From a virus (taxonomy: Duplodnaviria; Heunggongvirae; Uroviricota; Caudoviricetes): DNA of 64,000 nt. The notes under the pieces were generated by a model. That model saw only the letters and a list, made by a program, of their open reading frames with translations. It did not search any database and had not been told where the DNA came from. Below, piece after piece: positions 57,289 to 64,000 of this stretch. Every line of letters begins with the position of its first letter. The stretch's first letter is position 1. The stretch lies in the IMG/VR virus record IMGVR_UViG_2541047879_000001; one strand, given 5' to 3'. The translations under genes and the position numbers were made by a program.

Positions 57289-60200
57289 ATGGCAGAGCAA
57301 ACCTCGCGTCTCGCAATAATTATTGATAGCACTGGAGCGAAAAATAATGCTGACAATCTGACCTCCTCATTAGTCAAAATGACGCAGGCTGGGGAAACTG
57401 CTGCAAATAGCGCAGGGAAAGTGACTAAGGCAACAGAAGATGAGAAGAACGCGCTCGCAAAATTAAAAGCAGCTATTGATCCAGTTGGTGCCGCAATTGA
57501 TACTGTCGGTCGACGCTATTCTGAATTAAAGAAATTTTTCGATAAAGGGCTTATTGATAAAGAAGAATATGAATTTCTTGTCCGTAAACTTAATGAAACC
57601 ACAGAGGAATTGAGCGGGGTTGCGCAAGCGCAGAGAGAAGCCGAGAAGGCCGGAAAACTTGCTGCCACCCAGCAGGAAGCGCAGGCTCAGGCCTTTCAAA
57701 GAATGCTGGACAAGATCGACCCTCTGGCTGCGGCGCTAAGAAATCTTGAACAACAGCATGATGAACTTAATGCTGCGTTTGCATCCGGGAAAATAAATGG
57801 TTCTCAGTTTGAGAATTATAGCCGAAAAATACAGGAAACACGGCGAGAGCTTACCGGAGAGGCTCAGGCAGAGCGAGAAGCAGCAAAAGCGCATGATGAA
57901 CAGGTTGTTGCTTTGCAACGTCTGATTGCTCAACTTGATCCTGTCGGAACTGCTTTTAATCGTCTGGTAGAACAACAGAAACAGCTCAATGAAGCAAAAG
58001 CTAAGGGGATGCTTTCTCCTGAAATGTATGAGGAGCTTTCTGGAAAACTTCGTGCTATGCGGAGTGAGCTTGAGGTTACTCAATCACAATTAAGCAAAAC
58101 CGGAATGTCGGCAAAACAAACGGCTTTTGCTATGCGCATGTTGCCTGCACAAATGACGGATATTGTTGTTGGGTTGTCCACTGGTCAGTCGCCATTTATG
58201 GTGTTAATGCAGCAGGGCGGCCAGCTAAAAGATATGTTCGGTGGGATTGGCCCGGCGATCAAAGGTGTAGGTTCTTATGTGCTGGGATTAATTAATCCTT
58301 TTACCCTGGCCGCAGCAGCCGTTGGGGTCTTAGGACTGGCTTACTATAAAGGCTCTCAGGAGCAGGACGAATTTAATAAATCTCTTATTCTTACCGGAAA
58401 TCAGTTGGGGACAACCAGCGGGCAATTGGGCGATATAGCTCAACGTGCCGGGAATGCGGCTGATTCGACAACTGGTGCTGCGGCGGCAGTATTAAATCAG
58501 CTTGTGCGTTCGGGAAAGGTAGCGAGCAGTTCGCTGGAGCAAGTGACGACAGCGATAGTAAAAACGAGCGAAGTAACAGGAATATCAACCGAACAACTGG
58601 TTAATGACTTCAATGAAATTGCAAAGGATCCTGTCAGTGCCATATCAAAACTTAATGATCAGTACCATTTTCTGACACTTGCGACTTATAACCAGATTAA
58701 GGCGCTACAGGATGAAGGGAACCAGCAGGAGGCCGCCCGCATTGCGACAGAAGAATACTCATCCTCAATGATCCAGCGCACCAACCAGATTAAAGAAAAT
58801 CTTGGTTATCTTGAGACTGCATGGAAAGCTGTCGCAGACTCCGCAAAATGGGCATGGGATTCCATGCTGGATATTGGCCGTGAGGCCTCCCTTGATCAAA
58901 AAATCTCAGATGTTCTCCGTCAAATTGATGAAATAGAAAAAAATACCCGACCCGGAGTTTTCGGGTTAGGTGGCATTGGAGATGGCGGAGCTCAAAATAA
59001 AAGGCTGGCACGATTAAAGCAGCAATTGGGCGTACTTCAAGCAGAAAAAATTGCTCAGGACGTACTAAATTCATCAATAAACGATTACAACAAGCGACAA
59101 CAGGAAGGAATTGAACTCAGACAGAGAGCAGATGCCTTTTCAAAACAATATCAGACCCGGGAGCAGCAGAGAGCTAGTGAACTTGCAAAACTGGAAAAGC
59201 TAAAGAATCAGTATTCAAAGGAAGAATATAATAATCTTATCGCTCAAATAAATGAGCGTTATAAAGATCCAAAGCAACCAAAGGCGAAAGGTTATTCTGA
59301 TGATGCAGCCCAACGAATGATTGATCATCTGAATCAACAGAATGCGTTACTAAGTTCACAAGCTGAGTTGACCGTTAAATTAAGTTCCTCTGAACAGGAA
59401 CTGGTTAAGTGGCGTCAGCGGATTGCCGACCTAGAGTCACGACCATCATCGAAATTAACCCAGGATCAGAAATCGCTTCTCTTCCACCGGGAAGAAATAA
59501 CCGCGTTGATGGAGAAAAATGTTGCGATTGAAAAGAATAACAGGCTAATCAAGGAATCCGCCGAAATAACAGCATGGCGTGATTCATTGCAGGCTTCGAT
59601 TGATAATCGTCAGCAGGGGTATGATATTCAGATTGCTGGTTATGGGGTTGGCGATAAAAATCAGCAACGCCAGCAGGAATTACTGCGGATTGAACATGGA
59701 TATAACAATCAGCGTCTGCAACTTGAACGTGACTATGCAGATAAATCCCGTGGAATGTCAGATCATGTTTTTCAAGAGAAAATGCAGGCTCTGAATGATG
59801 CTCTGGAACGGGAAAAAGAAATTGTCAGACAGAAAAACGAGCAACTCGATATTCAGGCAGGAGACTGGGTTAGTGGTGCCTCCCAGGGATTCAATAACTG
59901 GCTGGATGACACTAAGGATATCAGTGAGCAGATAAAATCAACCACGACTCAGATGTTTGATGGGATGACCGATGCGCTGGGTGATTTTGTCACGACAGGC
60001 AAGGCAAATTTTCGTTCTTTCGCTACTTCCGTGATTTCGGATCTTAGTCGAATGGCATTAAAGGCTTCAATTACTGGGATTTTCGACAGCATTAGTAACA
60101 GTTCTTCTGGGGGGATTTTAGGAACTATCGGGAGTGCTATTAGTAAATTTATTCCGAATGCAAAGGGCGGTGTTTATGAGTCTCCGTCATTGAGCACGTA

Positions 60201-60522
60201 TTCGAACGGTATTTATGATTCCCCGCAATTTTTTGCTTTTGCAAAAGGGGCTGGTGTTTTTGGTGAGTCTGGACCGGAAGCCATTATGCCATTAACACGA
60301 ACTTCCGATGGTTCTCTTGGTGTCAGAGCTATTAATAGTAAAAGTGGTAATGGAGGCGGAGATATTACCTATGCCCCTGTATACCAAATCACTATTCAAA
60401 ATGACGGCCAGAATGGAGAGATTGGCCCTCAGGCAATAAAAGCACTTATGGGGATGGTTGATCAGCGGGTGCAGGGCAATCTGTTAAATATGCGACGTGA
60501 TGGGGGAATATTAAGTGGCTAA
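57289..60522 (+). CDS. Tail tape measure protein
   Basis: 1077 aa, long coiled-coil N-terminal half, hydrophobic/Gly-rich C-terminal part; AGGAG SD. Confidence 0.85.
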   Translation: MAEQTSRLAIIIDSTGAKNNADNLTSSLVKMTQAGETAANSAGKVTKATEDEKNALAKLKAAIDPVGAAIDTVGRRYSELKKFFDKGLIDKEEYEFLVRKLNETTEELSGVAQAQREAEKAGKLAATQQEAQAQAFQRMLDKIDPLAAALRNLEQQHDELNAAFASGKINGSQFENYSRKIQETRRELTGEAQAEREAAKAHDEQVVALQRLIAQLDPVGTAFNRLVEQQKQLNEAKAKGMLSPEMYEELSGKLRAMRSELEVTQSQLSKTGMSAKQTAFAMRMLPAQMTDIVVGLSTGQSPFMVLMQQGGQLKDMFGGIGPAIKGVGSYVLGLINPFTLAAAAVGVLGLAYYKGSQEQDEFNKSLILTGNQLGTTSGQLGDIAQRAGNAADSTTGAAAAVLNQLVRSGKVASSSLEQVTTAIVKTSEVTGISTEQLVNDFNEIAKDPVSAISKLNDQYHFLTLATYNQIKALQDEGNQQEAARIATEEYSSSMIQRTNQIKENLGYLETAWKAVADSAKWAWDSMLDIGREASLDQKISDVLRQIDEIEKNTRPGVFGLGGIGDGGAQNKRLARLKQQLGVLQAEKIAQDVLNSSINDYNKRQQEGIELRQRADAFSKQYQTREQQRASELAKLEKLKNQYSKEEYNNLIAQINERYKDPKQPKAKGYSDDAAQRMIDHLNQQNALLSSQAELTVKLSSSEQELVKWRQRIADLESRPSSKLTQDQKSLLFHREEITALMEKNVAIEKNNRLIKESAEITAWRDSLQASIDNRQQGYDIQIAGYGVGDKNQQRQQELLRIEHGYNNQRLQLERDYADKSRGMSDHVFQEKMQALNDALEREKEIVRQKNEQLDIQAGDWVSGASQGFNNWLDDTKDISEQIKSTTTQMFDGMTDALGDFVTTGKANFRSFATSVISDLSRMALKASITGIFDSISNSSSGGILGTIGSAISKFIPNAKGGVYESPSLSTYSNGIYDSPQFFAFAKGAGVFGESGPEAIMPLTRTSDGSLGVRAINSKSGNGGGDITYAPVYQITIQNDGQNGEIGPQAIKALMGMVDQRVQGNLLNMRRDGGILSG

Positions 60523-60853
60523 TACGGAAGAATTTCACTGGTTACCAGAGGATGGAATGAAAACAGAAAATAAACCATCGATAAAAACTGTAAGATTTGG
60601 CGATGGTTATGAGCAACGAAGTCCAAATGGACTTAATCATTCTCTGCGCGTTTTCACCTGTGATTTCAAAGTTGAGGCGAATGAACGTGATTCATTTGAA
60701 AAATTTTTAGCCCGGCATGAAGGCTATAAATCTTTTTTTTGGCGCCCGCCGGGTATTAACAGAAAAATCAGAGTGGTGTGTCGAACGTGGTCAGCGACAG
60801 AACATATCACCTATACAGATTTTTCGTGTCAGTTTGACGAAGTGGTGATCTGA
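60515..60853 (+). CDS. Minor tail protein M (lambda M-like)
   Basis: [10 protein letters not shown] and [13 protein letters not shown] match lambda gpM; alternative start ATG 60557. Confidence 0.7.
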   Translation: MANTEEFHWLPEDGMKTENKPSIKTVRFGDGYEQRSPNGLNHSLRVFTCDFKVEANERDSFEKFLARHEGYKSFFWRPPGINRKIRVVCRTWSATEHITYTDFSCQFDEVVI

Positions 60854-61551
60854 TGCAGGACATACAACAGGAAACGCTGAATGAATGCATTCGTGCGGAG
60901 CAGTCGGCCAGCGTGGTGCTCTGGGAAATCGACCTGACCGAGGTAGGCGGGGATCGCTACTTTTTCTGTAATGAGCAGAACGAAAAAGGTGAGTCTGTCA
61001 CCTGGCAGAGTCGGCAGTATCAGGCCTATCCCATTCAGGGGAGTGGATTTGAGATGAACGGCAAGGGCAGTGCTGCCCGTCCGACACTGACGGTCTCTAA
61101 CCTGCACGGCATGATCACCGGGATGGCGGAAGATCTGCAGAGTCTGGTCGGCGGAACGGTGGTCCGGCGTAAGGTTTACGCCCGCTTTCTGGATGCGGTG
61201 AACTTCGTCAACGGAAACAGCGAAGCCGATCCGGAGCAGGAGGTGATCAGCCGCTGGCGCATCGAGCAGTGCAGCGAACTGAGCGCGGTCAGTGCCTCTT
61301 TTGTACTGTCCACGCCGACTGAAACGGATGGCGCTGTTTTTCCGGGACGAATCATGCTGGCCAACACCTGCACCTGGACCTATCGCGGCGATGAGTGCGG
61401 TTATAGCGGTCCGGCTGTCGCGGATGAATATGACCAGCCAACGTCCGATATCACGAAGGATAAATGCAGCAAATGCCTGAGTGGCTGTAAGTTCCGCAAT
61501 AATGTCGGCAACTTTGGCGGCTTCCTTTCCATTAACAAACTTTCGCAGTAA
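60853..61551 (+). CDS. Minor tail protein L (lambda L-like)
   Basis: 232 aa, near-identical to lambda gpL ([12 protein letters not shown]...FLSINKLSQ). Confidence 0.8.
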   Translation: MQDIQQETLNECIRAEQSASVVLWEIDLTEVGGDRYFFCNEQNEKGESVTWQSRQYQAYPIQGSGFEMNGKGSAARPTLTVSNLHGMITGMAEDLQSLVGGTVVRRKVYARFLDAVNFVNGNSEADPEQEVISRWRIEQCSELSAVSASFVLSTPTETDGAVFPGRIMLANTCTWTYRGDECGYSGPAVADEYDQPTSDITKDKCSKCLSGCKFRNNVGNFGGFLSINKLSQ

Positions 61552-61556
61552 ATCCC

Positions 61557-62300
61557 ATGACAGAGACAGAATCAGCGATTCTGGCGCACGCCCGGCGATG
61601 TGCGCCAGCGGAGTCGTGCGGCTTCGTGGTGAGAACGCCGGAGGAGGAAAGATATTTTCCCTGCGTGAATATCTCCGGTGAACCGGAGGATTATTTCCGG
61701 ATGTCGCCGGAGGACTGGCTGCAGGCCAAAATGCAGGGTGAGATTGTGGCGCTGGTCCACAGTCACCCCGGTGGTCTGCCCTGGCTGAGTGAGGCCGACC
61801 GGCGGCTGCAGGTGCAGAGTGATTTGCCGTGGTGGCTGGTCTGCCGGGGGGCGATTCACAAATTCCGCTGTGTGCCGCATCTCACCGGGCGGCGCTTTGA
61901 GCACGGGGTGACGGACTGTTACACGCTGTTCCGGGACGCTTACCATCTGGCGGGGATTGAGATGCCGGATTTTCATCGCGAGGATGACTGGTGGCGTCAC
62001 GGTCAGAATCTCTATCTGGATAATCTGGAGGCCACAGGGCTGTATCAGGTGCCGTTGTCAGCGGCGCAGCCGGGCGATGTGCTGCTGTGCTGTTTTGGTT
62101 CATCGGTGCCGAATCATGCCGCTATTTACTGCGGCGACGGCGAGCTGCTGCACCATATTCCTGAACAACTGAGCAAACGAGAGAGGTATACCGACAAATG
62201 GCAGCGACGCACACACTCCCTCTGGCGTCACCGGGCATGGCACGCATCTGCCTTTACGGGGATTTACAACGATTTGGCCGCCGCATCGACCTTCGAGTGA
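61557..62300 (+). CDS. Tail assembly protein K (lambda K-like, JAB/MPN + NlpC/P60)
   Basis: MTETESAILAHARRCAPAESCGFVV... matches lambda gpK. Confidence 0.8.
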   Translation: MTETESAILAHARRCAPAESCGFVVRTPEEERYFPCVNISGEPEDYFRMSPEDWLQAKMQGEIVALVHSHPGGLPWLSEADRRLQVQSDLPWWLVCRGAIHKFRCVPHLTGRRFEHGVTDCYTLFRDAYHLAGIEMPDFHREDDWWRHGQNLYLDNLEATGLYQVPLSAAQPGDVLLCCFGSSVPNHAAIYCGDGELLHHIPEQLSKRERYTDKWQRRTHSLWRHRAWHASAFTGIYNDLAAASTFE

Positions 62301-62869
62301 AAACGGGGTCCGAAGCCATCCGGGCGCTGGCCATGCAGATCCCGGCATTTCGTCAGAAACTGAGCGACGGCTGGTATCAGGTACGGATTGCCGGGCGGGA
62401 CGTCAGCACGTCCGGGTTGACGGCGCAGTTACATGAGACTCTGCCTGATGGCGCTGTGATTCATATTGTTCCCAGAGTCGCCGGGGCCAAGTCAGGTGGC
62501 GTATTCCAGATTGTTCTGGGGGCTGCCGCCATTGCCGGATCATTCTTTACTGCCGGAGCCACCCTTGCAGCATGGGGGGCAGCCATTGGGGCCGGTGGTA
62601 TGACCGGTATCCTGTTTTCTCTCGGTGCCAGTATGGTGCTCGGTGGTGTGGCGCAGATGCTGGCACCGAAAGCCAGGACGCCCACGGCAGCAAGTACAGA
62701 TAACGGCAAACAGAACACCTATTTCTCCTCACTGGATAACATGGTTGCCCAGGGCAATGTTCTGCCCGTTCTGTACGGTGAAATGCGCGTGGGGTCGCGG
62801 GTGGTCTCTCAGGAGATCAGCACGGCAGACGAAGGGGATGGTGGTCAGGTTGTGGTGATTGGTCGCTGA
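62198..62869 (+). CDS. Tail assembly protein I (lambda I-like)
   Basis: 223 aa, near-identical to lambda gpI. Confidence 0.75.
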   Translation: MAATHTLPLASPGMARICLYGDLQRFGRRIDLRVKTGSEAIRALAMQIPAFRQKLSDGWYQVRIAGRDVSTSGLTAQLHETLPDGAVIHIVPRVAGAKSGGVFQIVLGAAAIAGSFFTAGATLAAWGAAIGAGGMTGILFSLGASMVLGGVAQMLAPKARTPTAASTDNGKQNTYFSSLDNMVAQGNVLPVLYGEMRVGSRVVSQEISTADEGDGGQVVVIGR

Positions 62870-62928
62870 TGAAAAACGTTTATGTGAAACCGCCTCCGGG
62901 CGGTTTTGTCGTTTATGGAGCGTGAGGA

Positions 62929-64000
62929 ATGGGTAAAGGCAGCAGTAAGGGGCATACCCCGCGCGAAGCGAAGGACAACCTGAAATCATCCCAGATGCTG
63001 AGCGTGATAGACGCCATCAGTGAAGGGCCGGTTGAAGGTCCGGTGGACGGATTAAAAAGTGTGCTGCTGAACAGTACGCCGGTGCTGGACAGTGAGGGGA
63101 ATACCAACATCTCCGGCGTCACGGTGGTGTTCCGGACCGGTGAGCAGGAGCAGACACCGCCGGAGGGATTTGAATCCTCCGGCTCCGAGACGGTGCTGGG
63201 TACGGAAGTGAAGTACGACACGCCGATTACCCGGACCATCACGTCGGCAAACATCGACCGTCTGCGCTTTACCTTCGGTGTGCAGGCACTGGTGGAAACC
63301 ACCTCAAAGGGGGACCGGAATCCGTCGGAAGTCCGCCTGCTGGTTCAGATACAGCGTAACGGTGGCTGGGTGACGGAAAAAGACATCACCATTAAGGGCA
63401 AAACCACCTCGCAGTATCTGGCCTCGGTGGTGGTGGGTAACCTGCCGCCGCGCCCGTTCAATATACGGATGCGCAGGATGACGCCGGACAGCACCACAGA
63501 CCAGCTGCAGAACAAAACGCTCTGGTCGTCATACACCGAAATCATCGATGTGAAACAGTGCTACCCGAACACGGCACTGGTCGGCGTGCAGGTGGACTCG
63601 GAGCAGTTCGGCAGCCAGCAGGTGAGCCGTAATTATCATCTGCGCGGGCGCATTCTGCAGGTGCCGTCGAACTATAACCCGCAGACGCGGCAATACAGCG
63701 GTATCTGGGACGGAACGTTTAAGCCGGCATACAGCAACAACCCGGCCTGGTGTCTGTGGGATATGCTGACCCACCCGCGCTACGGCATGGGGAAACGTCT
63801 TGGTGCGGCGGATGTGGACAAATGGGCGCTGTATGTCATCGGCCAGCATTGCGATCAGTCGGTGCCGGACGGTTTTGGCGGCACGGAGCCGCGCATCACC
63901 TGTAATGCGTACCTGACCACACAGCGCAAGGCGTGGGATGTGCTCAGTGATTTCTGCTCGGCGATGCGCTGTATGCCGGTATGGAACGGGCAGACGCTGA
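62929..64000 (+). CDS. Tail tip host-specificity protein J (partial, continues beyond window)
   Basis: Own translation MGKGSSKGHTPREAKDNLKSSQMLSVIDAISEGPVEGPVDGLKS... matches lambda gpJ N-terminus; no stop before window end, hence absent from the ORF track. Confidence 0.85.
   Translation, partial: MGKGSSKGHTPREAKDNLKSSQMLSVIDAISEGPVEGPVDGLKSVLLNSTPVLDSEGNTNISGVTVVFRTGEQEQTPPEGFESSGSETVLGTEVKYDTPITRTITSANIDRLRFTFGVQALVETTSKGDRNPSEVRLLVQIQRNGGWVTEKDITIKGKTTSQYLASVVVGNLPPRPFNIRMRRMTPDSTTDQLQNKTLWSSYTEIIDVKQCYPNTALVGVQVDSEQFGSQQVSRNYHLRGRILQVPSNYNPQTRQYSGIWDGTFKPAYSNNPAWCLWDMLTHPRYGMGKRLGAADVDKWALYVIGQHCDQSVPDGFGGTEPRITCNAYLTTQRKAWDVLSDFCSAMRCMPVWNGQTL

Larger units (their letters stand above)
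19395..64000. mobile_element. Rac-like lambdoid prophage (integrase end to tail gene J; continues past window end)
   Basis: intR next to ttcA followed by ralR-recT-recE-racC-kilR-sieB-racR-ydaSTUV, lysis cassette, trkG, packaging, head and lambda-like tail genes; exact attL not resolved (probably within the 5' part of ttcA). Confidence 0.8.

Overview
The window spans two adjacent prophages in an Escherichia coli-type chromosome. All calls below come from reading translations and sequence by eye; no database search or computation was run.

(1) Positions 1 to ~17,822: the left ~18 kb of a Mu-like transposable prophage, read mostly on the minus strand (repressor c, Ner, transposase A, B, Gam, an uncharacterised accessory block, GemA, Mor, SAR endolysin with spanins, terminase, portal, head protein F). 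It is inserted inside the RNA helicase gene dbpA, whose 3' fragment survives at 17,823-18,330.

(2) A REP element and an intact ttcA follow.

(3) Positions ~19.4-64 kb: a Rac-like lambdoid prophage, far more complete than the K-12 Rac remnant. It carries intR/xis, ralR, recT-recE, racC, kilR, sieB, the racR/ydaS switch, ydaTUVW replication genes (with three 21-bp palindromes in and before ydaU), nin-like genes, a putative Q antiterminator, a pinholin / SAR endolysin / Rz-Rz1 lysis cassette, trkG, a ParB-like nuclease, terminase, portal, head genes and lambda-like tail genes G/GT, H, M, L, K, I and J (J runs off the window).

Candidates for undescribed biology, in order of interest:
- A promoter-gene-terminator moron between Q and the holin (40,459-41,641) encoding two lipoproteins that copy TolA domain III.
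- An AT-rich accessory island between the replication genes and the nin/Q region (31.2-37.6 kb): an HD-domain dGTPase, an Abi-like protein, a standalone ComEC-type MBL-fold hydrolase, a zinc-ribbon/DUF4145-like protein and a hok/mok/sok locus.
- In the Mu-like early region: an AT-rich convergent gene pair and a protein with two Myb/SANT-like repeats.
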